DNA of 63,879 nt from Setoptus koraiensis. Its lineage: Eukaryota; Animalia; Arthropoda. The stretch is from positions 23,746,122-23,810,000 of the forward strand of contig CM106586.1 of assembly GCA_048013815.1 (NCBI GenBank), written 5' to 3'. The position numbers were made by a program, and so were the translations under genes. Each line of letters opens with the position of its first letter. The first letter of the stretch is position 1. Below are positions 24,299 through 38,510 of the stretch, piece after piece. The notes below the pieces were generated by a model. The model did no database searches. It saw only the letters and a program-made list of their open reading frames with translations, and was not told where the DNA came from.

Positions 24299-25212
24299 TG
24301 GCGAGAGAGTGAATATCACTCTGACGGTCGCAGTGAATCTGTCCGAGGCCGCAGTGGATCGAGAGAGCGAACCGACAAACAATGGGTGCGCACCCGGCAG
24401 CCAATAACGGAGCACCCAACCGACAGCGTCAATGAATATATCGATAAATACCAGATAAATGGCGAGAAGCGAGCAGCGGCAATACCAACGAAACGAGCGG
24501 ATGCAAATGAGCGGTGATCCATCAATCCGAATGCGCGTCGCCGTCGATGGCCGTCGATGAAATTTACATTTATCATTCACTTGTCACAAGTGACTCGGCG
24601 TTTGTTTGTTTCAAGTGTCGCGGTTACACTTTAGCGTTTATTTCACTACTGCTGTAGATGAATATCAATAATGACAATAATGATAATAATAATAATAATA
24701 CAATAATTCTTTGGAATAAGTTGTGTGTGTGTGTGTGTGTTGATTTTCTTCATTTGTTGGCGGGCCGGTGCCCGTCGTCGGCTGGCCGCTGCCGATCGGA
24801 GGAGCGCGCCACCGGCCAGCGACTGTGGAAGCCAGCGATGAAAGGTGAGACAAGCAGACATCGTTGTGAGACATCTCTGCTTGCTCGCTGCGAAGCACCC
24901 TAATTTGTCAATCATGGGCAAGTCCGGCCAAACAATCACGTGAGAATTGGTCAGCGTCGTAGCGATCGGCGGGGCCGCGCCCTCGCCCGCTGCGCACTTG
25001 GCGGCGCACGGGCTCGGGCGTCAAACAAATGCCAAAGCGCCAGTTATCCAAAGCGTGTGTCCTGTCGTTCGCGAAAGCTGCCAAAGTGACAGCGATATTG
25101 AGACATTTCTCTTGATTGCTGGCGTTCGGGCCGTTCGAGTGCGATTCGAGGCGCACAACAAGTGGCGCTGGCGGGCACTCCCGGCGAGCACACACCCACG
25201 CACAGCGCTCAC

Positions 25213-26571
25213 CTAGGTCTGCTCCGTCTTGGCGACAGTGGCGGGCCCCACCGTGCTCTTGTGTTTCTCTATGCACTTTATAGACTCGCTTAGGTAGTTC
25301 TGAACAACATTCAACGACGCAATAATAGCTGGTGTACCAAAGCCGTGTGTTATGAGCGAGAAATTGGTGAGATTTCGCTGGATATTTGACTCTAATATAG
25401 GCTGCGGCCGCGACGTGCTGCACAACGGCGACCTGTCCTGGTGGAGAACGTCCACGAACTCCTTGAGAACTTTCCTGAGCATCGGCACGCGCGGGACAAC
25501 GGCGGGGCGGCGGCGGGACAACGACGGGACGGAAAAGAGTTATTGATGGTTAGTTATGAGGTGAGTTATGCGCACAATTATTGTCTGAATTATCTGAAAC
25601 TTATCCGAATCGGAAGTATCAGCGGTGCTGAACACGAACGGCCTCTCGTGATACTTACTGGGTGGTGGACAAGAGGTCGAGGCGCTTGGCGAGCGCCTCG
25701 GACGCGACCTCCTGCTGACTGAGACTCTGCGCCGGCGCCGGCTGCAAATTGGGGCCGCCGGCCAGCGCTTGCTGCTGCTGCTGCTGATAACTGTTGACCA
25801 GTCGCTGCAACTTGTTGAGATATTCGGCCATTGGCTTGGAGGGAAACTCTGTCTCGCACACGTAACTGTAATCTTTGGCTAAATGCAACGCCTCGCCCTC
25901 TACCAACGATGTCAACAATGTCACATTGGCCGCCTTTCGTCTGCCCGCGGGCAAGTTGAGGCCAATTTTCTCTAGTTTTTCGCGCAACGAGCGGCCCCCA
26001 TTCTTGCTTTTGGCCCTACGCAACACGCCGCCTAGTAGTGAGGCATTCAAACATTCGGGGGGCTGTAGACGGCGCTGAACCTCGCCAACTGTCACCTTAT
26101 ATTTTGAGGTAGACGACAACAGCGACAAGCGGCCAGGTACTGAACAAAATGTGTCAGCGGGCGTGCCGTTGCTCAGGCCCATCAGATGATGATGATTGTT
26201 GTGATTGTGATGGTTGTGATGATTGTGGTGAGTGTGATTGCTGTTGTTGTTGTTGCCACTATGCGGCGTTGTGCTGCTGTTTGTGCTGTTGTGTAGGTGG
26301 GCGCCAGGGTGGGTGCTGTTGTTGTTGTTGCTGCTGTTGTGGTGGTGATGTTGCTGCTGCTGTTGATGATGGTTGTTGCTGGTTGTTGTGTTGAGCACAG
26401 TTAAATCATTGCTGGCCACTGAATTGAGTAACGGGTTCAGCCCAACAGCGCGTGCATCTGTCATTGCGCCAGACTGGCCACCGACGCCTGTCAGGGCGAC
26501 CAGCTGATGCTGTTGCTGCAGGATCTGGTGGTGGTGGTGGTGTGGTTGTTGCTGCTGTTGGTGTTGCTGTT

Positions 26572-26602
<31 letters not shown>

Positions 26603-27901
26603 TTGCTGTTGATGGAGAGATGGATGATGATGATGGTGCTGATGATGATGAGATTGACTATGAAGAGTGTGGTTGTGCATGCTGGTCAGCTGTTGCTGCT
26701 GTTGCTGTTGGCAGTGCGGATGTGTCAAATTTGTCAATGTGGCTGGCATCTGATGATGATGGTGATCGGATTGTTGCTGCTGTTGTTGTTGTTGTTGCTG
26801 GTGCTGATGAAGCGAATGCTGTTGCTGTTGTTGTAGTTGTTGTGCAGACGGTTGCACAATGCTAGAGGCAGCCACATTGTGCAACGATGAGCTAGACGAC
26901 GACACAGACAATGGCGACACTGACGCAATTATTGACGGCGTAACACTTGTCTGATGAATGATTGCGGCCGCTGCAGCGGCCGCCGCCACAGCAGCCGCTG
27001 AATTGGCGGACGCGGCCGCGGCGGCGGCCAGGTGAACCGGATGTTGCTGTGATTGAGTGCCGTTAGGTGTCGTTGCGTTGCTGTTGTTTTGAGTGTTGTT
27101 GTTGTTGTTGCTGGTGGCGCTGTTGGTGGCGCCCGTGCTCGCACTAGTGATTGCAGTCAACGCTGCCACCGTTGACACTGCCTGTGACGATGCACCGTTA
27201 GTTGATTGATTTGCGGCGCACATTGTTGCGAAGGCGCCCGGATGGTGCATGGCGGCCGCGGCGGCCGCGGCAGCCGCAACGGCCGGGTTAGAGACCGCGC
27301 CAGAGTCGGCGTGGTGCTGCTGCTGTTGCATGTGCTGCTGCTGATGGTGAAGGTGCTGCTGCTGATGGTGATGATGCGCTTGGTGCTGGTGATGATCTAG
27401 ATGAAGTTGGTGATGTTGTTGCTGTTGTTGTTGCTGTAGTTGGTCTTGCTCGTGCTGCTGCTGCTGTTGTTCATGGTCGTGCTGGTGGTCGTGGTGCTCG
27501 TGTTGTTGTTGTTGTTGTTGGTCGTGTTGGTGCTGCTGCTGGTGCAAATGTTGCTGTTGTTGCTGATGTTGTGGTGCTGGTTGGTGGTGCTGATGGTGCT
27601 GTTGTTGCTGTTGGTGATGCTGTTGTTGTTGTTGCTGGTGATGCTGTTGCTGGTGTTGGTGCTGCTGGTGCTGATAATGATGTGATATATGAGCGTAATG
27701 GGCCGGCGACAGTGTGGCCGCATAATGATGCGCGGCCGCCTGTTGATGATGATGATGATATGAATATTGGGTAACGGCCAAATGGGTATCACAAGTGCCT
27801 CTGTTCATGGCGGCGGCCACTGCCGAAGCGGGACCAACGGCCGTAAAGGCGGCCACACTATGATTTGTGACGGCGCTAGTGACCATCGAGTCAGTGTCCA
27901 T
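25213..27901 (-). CDS. TFAP2: Transcription factor AP-2; exons 27901-25659 and 25474-25213 (184-nt intron), about 834 aa from the first ATG; further 5' exons possible
   Basis: [51 protein letters not shown] and QDRSP...LITHGFG are the AP-2 DNA-binding/helix-span-helix domain. The phase-2 CA|GTAAGT...CTCAG|G intron gives LLSTTQKVLKEF. Confidence 0.97.
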
Positions 27902-30900
27902 GGATCTGTGGTGGCCAGTTGGTGTACGCAAAATTACAATTGCGCAATTGTAATTTGTTTGCCGATTGTGTTGTCATAAATGAGCGTGATGTGTGATGCA
28001 ATACAATAAATGAAAAATGAAGAAAAATGTGATAAAATGTTGAGATGTTTGTTAGTTGTTGTTGTTGTTGCTTATTCAATTGATGTCTCTTTGTCTGTCG
28101 CTAACTTTCTGACTGACCAGTGCCAAACAGCTAATAACTGGCAACGAATTGGCGAGGATCAACAGCTAATAACTGATAACTAATTGTCAACGATGACTAA
28201 ATCCAATCGTAAATTATCGTCAATAATGATGAGCCAAAAGAAGCGCTCGAATGCGACAACAGCAACTACTGACTACTAAAGCTGCAGTTGCCAGCGCTCG
28301 CTCCCAAGTTGCGACTCACTCGGAGGGGGGGGGGGGCAAGGCACTCAGGTGATATAGGCGCAACGCTTGCGTTGCTCGGCCCGCCACCCCCCTTCGCGCA
28401 AGCACACACACACACACTCACACAACTTGTTCTGTTCATATCTCTTGCGGCTGCCGAACAAGCCAATCGCTCGCCTTCGAAAAGGTGACTGGGGGAAGGC
28501 AGTGCCAGCCGGACAGGTTGTCGGGTGGCTGGCGGGCGGTGCCGCGCCCCGCTCTGGCAAATTCTGACAGTTTCTGGCATTGTCTGACATTGTCTGACAG
28601 TTTGGTTTTACTTTCACCGCTTGTGTCGCACGGCGCTACCATCTCTGTCGATAGTTTAATGTAATGACAATTTAATGGTCATCGTTTAATTGAATCGTTT
28701 CACTCTTGCTGCTGTCGGCCTAAATCACAACAATCGATTGGCGTCCGGCCGCTCGGGTCAAAACATCAAATAGTCGTCAAACTGCGCGCGATTGATTCGC
28801 ACGACAGCGACCGAGTTTCAGCCAATCACGTCTCATGACTCGGCCGTGATCGCCTGCCCAGCGTGATATTGGCTCAACAATTTGTTGGCAACAAAGCAGA
28901 GACACTGGCAACACTGTGAGACGCAGGCACTAAATATGACTTTCGATGATAAATTTTGCATGTCATTTAAATTAAATGATTTAATTGTCGAAATTGCTTC
29001 ACGCCTGAGCCCAAACTGACAGCGAGCCTAAACGTTTTGCACTCTGTTTACACTCTCTCCCGGCTCGTGCGCCTCCAATGCGAGCTCGTCGTCAGCAGCA
29101 ACATCAACGACAACAACGGGCTATAAACGAGCGTCCGACTAAACGTTTTGCTGCACGCAAATTATGCCCACGATAGCCGATAAACGGCCCGCGATAAACG
29201 ATCGGCGATTTGCTATCGATTGAGATCAGCTAAACGACCATTTATCGGCCACTTTTGCCTATGTGTATCATCGAGATATCAATTAAAAATTGATGCTCGA
29301 CGCACAAAAGACGCATTAGCATTAACATCGACATTAACATTAACATCGCCGGACAAACAATATTGACATGTCACTGCGTCGCCCATCCGCTGGCCGCGGC
29401 CGACCGACAACAACCGACCGACAACAGCCGATCGACAACAGCGGCCGCAGATCTGTCAGACGACGATTGTCAGAATCGCTGGCTCGCAAACTGTGGCTTG
29501 TCGGATGACACAAATCAGCTGACTGCGGCTGTCAGTTCAGCGCGGCTCACCTGCTGTCAACGACAGTTGTTGTCAGCGGCGGCAGCCATTTCAATATAAG
29601 GTGCGGCATCTGTGCGCAGGTAAGCAAAAGTGCTCTTAATGTGCTCGCTGTGTGCTCAATAAATAATTAATGTGCGCTAATTAGCCATATCATGCTAATG
29701 GCTCATGTGCCAAATGAAACAACTGTAAATATTGGCGATTGGCCATTTTTATGGCCATTAGCCTTTGTTGTATTTGTTTGTGTGCGAGCGTGCAAGCGGC
29801 GAAAAAACAACCAAAACGCGCTGCGCGATATAGGGCGACGGGACGGCCGCGCGCGGCCGCAAACAGCTCGCGTCAATGCCTGTGCCCCCGATGCTCGGGG
29901 TGCCCGGGTGCTCGGGGTGCGGTCTTTGCGGGCGAGCGATGCCACTCTTTGCACACGACTAGACACAGCGGCCCGTCGTGAGCTCAGTGACCGTGTCACG
30001 ACGGCCCGAGCCCGTCCGCTCGCCGCGCCACAATGATGAGCGGAGAGCGTATGCCCGTGTCACTCGGGCGGCACCGAACAACATTTGCCTGTCACACCTT
30101 ATAACACTAATAATAATAATGATGATGACAGTAATAATAATAATAATGATAATGTCGGCCCAGAGAGAGCGAGTCGCTTGTGCTGCTCTTTTGTGTGCCA
30201 AAATAATAAAACACGCTGGGGTCCGCCGCCGCCGCCTCTGCTGAACGAGTTTGCCAGCGTGGGCTCGCAATTGTCGCTGGCAAAGCGAGGCGGCGGGGCC
30301 CCATAAGCAACTGTGTTCACATTTATACATACTTGGCGATTTATACAGGCACGATGTTGACAACTGAAGCAATATTTGCTCAGAGAATGAGCGCCAATTT
30401 CATTGAGTGGGTCGCCAGCGGTGGGGCCCCGCAACGGCAACAGCACACAGCGGCAGGCAGTAGGCAAATCGAATGGGGCCAGTGAGCAAACTCCGGCGAG
30501 CAAACAAACTTAACCCCTGCGCCCTTTTGCCGCGCGTGCACGGGTGCCTATACGCACTCCGCCAGCTTGGGCGCACTTTTTTATTTCGAACCAATTGGGG
30601 CCCGCCGCTCGCTCGCCGACTGCTTGTCGGGGGCCTCACACAAAGATCGGCTGTCGGGGCCCCACGCAACGAGCGGCTGTCGGGGCCGCATACAGCGACT
30701 GTCAGGGGGCTGGCTCGCAGAGACGATCAGACAAATTGATTGCTCATTAGGTAGATGGCGTAGTTATTATTCGCTTGTTATTATCGTGCCCGTTGCGCTT
30801 GTTTCGTCCGTTGTGGGGCCTCTATTGCCAATATCCACCAACAACGTGTGTGATGGCTCTTTGATAGATTGTTTATTTGTTGTTCGTTCATAATCATGCT

Positions 30901-33900
30901 CAAGCGCATTTATTCGCCATTCATGGACGCTCCTCTTGAGTCGCATCGGCACAGATTGTTGTGTGTGTGCGCGCGCGTGCACGCGTCATGTCAAGTAGTT
31001 GTGTGTGTCGTGTGCTTTTTATCCTCTTTTTATACATTTATATATATAAAAACATATATGCCAGCCAATGACAATGTGAGCCGGCCAGCGGTGGCACAGT
31101 TCGCATAGCTCCGTTTGCGCACTCGCCACCATCATCAAGTGCACACTATATACGTTGATAACGCGTTATGCGCTATGTGCATAGCGCACAGCACACATTA
31201 GTACAGTATAATAGTATAGGGACAGGGCTGCACAGCGGCACACGTGCTGGCCCTGTTCCGGAATTGGTCACTATGTGTGCCCGAGTGCGCTTGTGTGTGC
31301 GGCGGCCATTGTCCGTGCACCGACAACAACAACAAAATAACATATGTTTATTTTGCACAAAAGATTATCTAGCCACCGTTGGCTTTTTAGCACATCGCAG
31401 ATAGGCAGCGAGTTGCCTCTTGTTGTTGCGCGTGTTGTTGCGCGTGTTGTTGCGCGTGTTGTTGTGCGCGATGTTGGGTAGGTTGTTGCGTAACAACAGA
31501 GCTGATAACGGGCACAGAGGGCGCGTCGTGCGCCGCTCGTTTGTTGCGTTTGTCTGCTCGCCTGTGAGACGTTGTAGCGAGACGACGAGCACCGCGATGG
31601 CGCTCGGATGATGCGATAAGATAACGGTCGGTGTCAGCAATGATATTTGTTGTTGTTGTGCGCTTGCGATCAACAAAATAATACTTTTGGTTATGGTCAC
31701 TGGTGGCGGTTTCCACACGCTCGCCGCACGCTCGCCACACGCTTACGTAATCACCAACACCAAGCGGGAGGCTGGCAAACGAGCTTCTTCTTCTCTGCGC
31801 CAGTGTGTACCTGGCAGAAGACGCGTGCAAACCACTTCCGCTTTTGGCGCCACCGCTGCCACGGGTGAGTGTGCTGCTGTGGCTGTGATTTGTATTCTTG
31901 GGCGCGCGTCTGGGGTTCCAACATACGCGTATATACATAGTTGTGCTATGATGGTGCACACACGCGGATATATATATCAACGATTTGTGCGCCGCAAACT
32001 ATAGATATCAATGGATTTCTGTGGTGAGGGGTGCGCATAGAGGAAGAGTTGATTTCGCGGCACGATAATCAAATGATTCATGACCGGCCTATCCGCTGGC
32101 GCGCCCATATCGCACCGCGCGCTGCTCACTCAGTGAGCCTCACTGTTCAACTGTGCGGCGTGCGTGTGTCGTATGTTTCTTGTGACTGGTGCAACTGTTG
32201 TAACTGTGCCCGACGACGACACTTCCTGCGCAGCTGATATGAGATGATGAGGCTCCCGGTGACGGGGCCTGTGAGTCGCAAGTTGCGACTTTTGGCAACT
32301 TTTGCCACTCGCAACTTGCAAGACTTGCCCGCAATCCGCAATCCGCCACCCGCAAGACGCGAGACGCTACCCGAGATCAGCAAAACGCAAAACGCAAGGT
32401 GCCAAGCGGGCGAGCGGCCCCACTGACAAGCCATTTTGCATCGAGCTTGCGACTGAACTGGCCGAAATGAAAGCAAAATGCGACAAGACGTCGAATGAAA
32501 AATGGAAACTTTTGGCGCCACAATGCGCTTGCGAACGGCACACAATTTGCTGCTTGGGCCCTGCTGGCAAGAGATGTCGCCAGACGATTAATTTACACAT
32601 TTGGACTTGGCGAGATAAAAAGTTTGTGAGATAAAAGACAGAGAGGCCCGTTTATATATAAATACAATATCGCAGTTGTAAATATACATTATATAGAGTT
32701 GCATTTGAATTGGGCCCAACCGGTTGTTTGCCGGGCACAAATGAGGCGAATGGCGCACGTTGCAGCACAGATAGCGAGGCCAACCAAGCAACACGACGGC
32801 CTTTTCGGAGCTCCTTTCGTGCCCCTTTGAACCTGCTCAGCTCAGCTTGCTTGTGGAGCCCCCTTCGAGTGGCCTCACCGAGAATATTCATTCGTATTTA
32901 TTTATATGCTGACGGCATGCGGCGAACAAGTGCGACTTTGAATGCGATTGTCTTGCGCTTTTTAGTCTCAAAGTTTGAGATATTTGCGCGCTGCTTGCGA
33001 GCTTATTTCGACGAGACAAAACAAAACAAAAAAAACACCGAAAACACTCGCCTGCGACGGGGCCCCATTCTGTGCCAACGCCGACTGACACACACATAAA
33101 TACACACATATAAACAGACTCTGTATTACAGACGCATAGAGATGCACATATCCGTATATAGATGCAGACGGGTCGCGCACACCAGAGCGAGCAGCCAGAC
33201 AATTGCCTATTATTATTACATGGGATCGGATAATAATAATATTGCCACCGCTTGTTTCTTTCGCTCTTGGCTTCTCTCCCTCTCTGCGCTCGTCGCTTCT
33301 CGGCGACCGAGACGAGAGTTTTCTCGCCGACCGAGCGCCGGTCCGAGGGAGCACTGGAAGTGGTTGCTTCCTTGGCACTTTTGGGCGCTTTTGGGCGCTT
33401 TTGGGCACTTTTGGGCACTTTGGGCGCTGCACCCCGCAACATAGCCGACACACAGTCATGTAGAAGCCCAGATACGAGCAGCGTTTATATTGGGGCACAC
33501 TGGTCGCGAATTGGCCAACGTACCCCAATGGGTGCGTGTTGAGAGCGCGGATCTGGCATGCGGATCTGGCATGCGGATTGTTTGTGGATTGTTTGAGAAT
33601 TGTGCATGCATTGTGAGACAAGTCCAACACGAGACGAAGTAGACGGCGGTTGCAAAAACAGTCTCAGCAACGCTCAAAACTGGAGCAAATCACCTGAGGC
33701 CATGCCAGCCGACTGGTAAGTGACTAGTAAGTGAGTGGAGCTGGGGCCAAGTTGCTTTTTGCTGGCTGCCACTGTTCATCTCATCACCACTTTCAAGAAT
33801 GAGAATAAGTGCGCGTACTTGATATACTGCCAATATACGCCGAATACACGCCGAATATACGCCGAATATACGGCGAACATATATACTGGCGAAGGGAGCT

Positions 33901-36315
33901 CACAGAGAAACAAAGAACAATTCTTTTATCTGTTGTTGTTATTTGCTGGCGCTGTCTGGCACAACCACGAGCAACAAAAACCAAAAACGGGGCCCTTGTC
34001 GGGCAGCAAAAACGCGTGCTCTCAGTGTGCACTCGTGGCCAGCAAATAATGATGTCACTATTCGTCAGCTCTCGGTCTGCTCGGACTGCTCGGCTGCTAC
34101 GTGCCCGTGCCAACCACGAGCAACGACTCACTCCCTTTGTCTTTGTTATAAAAGCAGCCCTAGATTTGTTATAAAACCAGCGGCAGCAGAATGAATTGAG
34201 CCAGTATCCACGATTTATCAAAGCGAACTGATTTGCGCGATTGGATGGAAATCGGCCAATTGGTCGCCAATTGGCGCCCGTCGCTCGTCGGTTGCGGCTC
34301 GAAATTGGCCCACTGATGCGCCACTTTGGCGCTTTGGTCTGGGCGGTTTTTGTGGTTTTTGCCGGGTTGCGGTGCCGGGCTAGGCCCGCGATCAAATTCC
34401 AAATTGATTGACAAAAATAACTCGCCCGTTTATATAATGTATACACCAGATCGGCATTAAACTCAATATCACAGCCAGTGGATGATTGTTAAATAATTCC
34501 CGTTCGATCGTTTCTTTGAGAATTGGACGAGAATCGCTCTATTGAGTTGTTGCAACAACAACAGCGGCAACAACAACAGCAATAATATAATAATAATAAC
34601 ATAATTGAGGCCCAAATCAACACTCACAGGTCAGTGAGCCTATTGCGTTATTGTCTTTGTTGCTGGCGTGAGTAAGTGTTTTTGCTGTTGGCACTTGTTC
34701 GTTGGGCCGCATCTCGTGTGTTGGTCGGTGTAAGTCAGTTGCTGTCAGTTTGACTGACCGAAAGCGACTAAAATAAAAGCTGACCAGCTGACCATTATCG
34801 GCATGGACAGCACATAATAACACTTGTACAAAATAATAACAAAGAGAATGGTAATTAAACGAATAATAGAGGCAACACTTTGCAACACATTGTGCACACT
34901 GGCTTCACGAATAAACTCCGAGAGCAAAGAAACACAACAGAGAGCTAAAAATAATGATAACGAAATGATGAAACTGCCAAATTGCCAAATGATGAAATGA
35001 TGAAAACTCAAAATAAGCGAAAAAGCTGCATTGATAAATCAATGAATGATGATGACGTAATGACTGGCCAGTTGAGCAGTTTAAGCTAATTCAATTCATT
35101 ACTGGCCAGTTCGCTTACACGCTTGGCAACTCCGGCCAGCCAAACGGCCAGCCAAACGCTGCCAGATAAACGAGTGACCATTGCACGCACCTATAAACAT
35201 ACAACATTATGTAATATATACATAAACATAAATATGCACAACAACGGCATTGGACAACAACAACAACAGCATTGGTCAGCAACGGCAGCAGTTGATGAGA
35301 CAAAGCAATCATCGCTGCACTCGAGGGCCATCCATCATTTCGTCTGTTGGCCGGTGCTCGTTGGTGAGCTCGAGGCCGGCGCTTCGAATTGAGCCAGTCC
35401 GAATTCAAAACATCACATCGGTGGCTGCTCCGATCCAATAAAAGCTGCTTGTCCAATAATCACCGATCTTGTAATTTCTTAATAGCCAACAACTGACCCG
35501 GGACGAGGAGCGGCCCGCCGGTAATGAGTGTTAACACACCGGCCCGTCTGGCCAGCCGATTAGTTTGTGTTTCGGTTGTGAAGCTAACATAGTTTTGTTT
35601 GTCGACATTACATGATCGGTGCATGCGGCCATGATGCCCTGTCCGCGCTGGCATGCAGCAGCGTAAAGCGTGCGCCGGGCCGGCCCGCTCCGGTCCCATT
35701 TGATCCGATCCGGTCCGGTCCGGTCTGATCCGGTCGTCACTGGCTGGCACTCATTAACATAATAATGGCCCTTGTCCGAATTCATTGCTCACCTGATGAT
35801 TGCCAGCGACGATGCCCGGCGAGTGCCGACTCAGGTGAGCATTGATGGCAGCGTTTGCCAGCGATCAAATCAATTGCTAATTGCTAATCGCTGAATGCTG
35901 AATGCGATTCATTCATTGCGGCCTGATTATCGTGATGTGCGAGCGTCATGAGCCACGGTCGTGTCATCATTGCTTACGCAACATTGCTCATGTAACAGTG
36001 CTTGCGTAACAGGGTGTATGTTACGCAAGCGACCGCATCCATTCGATCACTGATCCATCGGGCATCTCACCTGATTTAAACAATGAGCAGCCGATTGCAA
36101 TCGGACCCAAATCGAGTTATCGCCAACAAGACAACGAGACAACAGAGAGTTTGTCGCCCCCTAATTAGCTCATTCATCATGTTACGTGCACCGCAGCATT
36201 GCAGTATTGCACAGAATGAACAGTGTGCCACATGTTGTGCCCGTTGCGCCAGTGGGGGACACACCGTTTGGGATCTGTCACAAATCAGCTGCTGTCGTAG
36301 GCCCACCGATCGCTG

Positions 36316-36369
36316 ACACACACACACACACACACACACACACTGTTCAACTGATGTTTGCATGACGCA

Positions 36370-36400
<31 letters not shown>
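36316..36400. repeat. (AC)14 and (TG)15 microsatellites in inverted orientation, 27 nt apart
   Basis: Seen directly. Confidence 0.95.
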
Positions 36401-36404
<4 letters not shown>

Positions 36405-38510
36405 TCATTTCGGAATTGACGTGAAATTTTGTCAAAATTTGTCAAAACGGTCGCTGCTCACAACAAGTGCTGCGAGCAACCGACCCACTGGTGCCCATAC
36501 CAAGATTAATGCGCACACTGAGACTAATGCACATGACGATAATGCACAGCCGTGGGTCTATGGACAGTGACAGCGGCGAGGGACTAGAAAGCTCAAAAGC
36601 AAACAAGTTTGTTTGTTCTTGTATGACGCAACCCGTCAATGTCAAACGTGTTTGCTTAGGCTAATTCGACATAGTGGCCCCACGCACAACATAATTCACC
36701 GATTCACCAATTCGCCAGTTCGTCAATCGCACATAATGGCCATTGGTCGGCATTACTAGTATTGCGTATTGCGCGTAGCTCGCCAGTGTGCGCCGATTGG
36801 CGCCGTCGTGGGGCCCGCTCGCACCAATGTGCAGCCGTGGGTGCTGATCGCGAAAGGGGCCCCCAGAATTTTGCAATTGGGGGCTCCGTTTCACCAGCGT
36901 CGAATCCATTTGACGAGATCAGTGGCCGGTTGTCGCAATTTGTGCTGCCAGCGCCAGCGTGTCCGGCGACGCTGCGGCCAGCGTCGCACGTCGGCCAGTC
37001 GCCGGCCAATTGGATTGCCGGGCCGCCTGATGACGCGTCACTGCCAGTTGCTCGGCACAGACACTTTTGCGGGCCCCGGCGCACGCCCGATAACGCACGC
37101 TAATGCATCCCCTAATTGGATTTAAACGAACGCTCGCCTCTGGCCCGCGCTCTGGCTCGTTCTCCGTTCGCGGGCTCGTTCTCCGTTTGCGGGCTCGTTC
37201 TCCGTTCGCTCGTTGGCTCGCCATTTCGTTCGACGGCCCGCTGCCCGCGTTCGGCGGCCCGCCGCTCGCGTTCGACGGCTCCCGGCGCGCCGGTCAGTGC
37301 GTTGCGCGCCTACGTCAAGCTCAACGATGACAAGCTGATTGAATTAGCAATGCGCAAGTGGCGCTGCCGGCCCACCGAACGCGCCAAAACGAATAGCAAG
37401 CAACGCAATGAATTTATATACGGGGCCCAATTGGCCGGCAATCTCTATAGGCCGGCCACCAATTATGTGTGGCGCTGGCGATGATAACAAGCGGCCTATA
37501 AGTCGGCTGGCTGTTTGGTTAGAGCTGGACCCGTGACTGTTGTGCTGGCACGCTGGCTGGTTGCTGCACAACAGCGCACAAGTTGTGCTAGTTGTGCCAC
37601 GCAACTGGCACACAAACGGGTATTATGTAACGGGATATAGCGGCGGATATAGAGCAAACAGCAAACGGCAATCATCAGCCAATTGTTTGGTGATGAGTCA
37701 ACACACGATGATAGACGCGCTCGGTTGGTGGTTACTGAGCGTGCAAGTGTCACAAAAATGTGCACAAGTGCACGTGTTTTATACGTGCAAGTGCCACTAT
37801 GTTAATGAAGCGCACAGGCCACGCACAACACATAAGCTAATGAAGCTGCTTTTTTCATTGGCGGGCACGCAAGCATCGCTGGTCGTTACGCAACACAACA
37901 CATAGTTGCAACACGAGCGGCCATAATACAGACGTATTATAGACTGTTGTTGCGCAATGCACTGATGTTGCGTAACGGACTGGTGTTAAACCTGTCACTA
38001 AACTGTGCTCGCTACCATTTGGCTGCTCACTTGCTCAACTTGCTGCACACTGCTCCTCCGCTGCTCGTGCCACCGCAATACTACTCATTGGATAGTACTC
38101 AGTCAGTAGACTAACACTGAGTTGTGCTGCTCGCATGCCACTCAAATAGCCCCAACAACCTGGGCCTCACACTGTTTTGAGTGAGCGCTAAACTGCGGAT
38201 TATCGCACTGTGCCCCCGACCGGCTACTGTGCACTGTGCTGTGCATTGGGGCGCGCCCAATGTTGACGCAATGTCATGTTGGCAAAACAGAAACAAATGA
38301 AGCGCGATAAACGTTTGCTAACCAGCGCACACACACACGCACGCACACTGTTGGAATAATACGCACACTGGCACACAATGAACGACAACAAATATAAATA
38401 TGTGCCAACCGCACCAGCCGACGACGAGCCGCGTCGGCCGACAGCGACCGGCTCTCGCGCAACAAAGTGGCCACAGCGTCCGATTGGTTACGCAACTCGA
38501 ATCGGCGCTG

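Larger units (their letters stand above)
14510..25212. other. Non-coding region 3' of AP-2, repeat-rich; no credible CDS
   Basis: Only short low-complexity ORFs in all frames; many microsatellites and short tandem duplications. Confidence 0.7.

Noticed and set aside
24939-24946. Su(H) sites CGTGAGAA at 24939 and 44401 (AP-2 is a Notch target in insect legs)
   Set aside because: Two matches is fewer than the roughly five YGTGRGAA expected by chance in 42 kb on both strands.
30622-30710. CGGCTGTCGGGGCC repeats separated by short variable segments (CRISPR-like look)
   Set aside because: Eukaryotic context, only 3-4 degenerate copies with 22-28 bp period and no cas genes; a decayed tandem repeat.
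34467-34488. TATCACAGCCAG, a 12-nt match to the 5' end of miR-2
   Set aside because: No complementary arm upstream or downstream, so no precursor hairpin, and the 3' half diverges.
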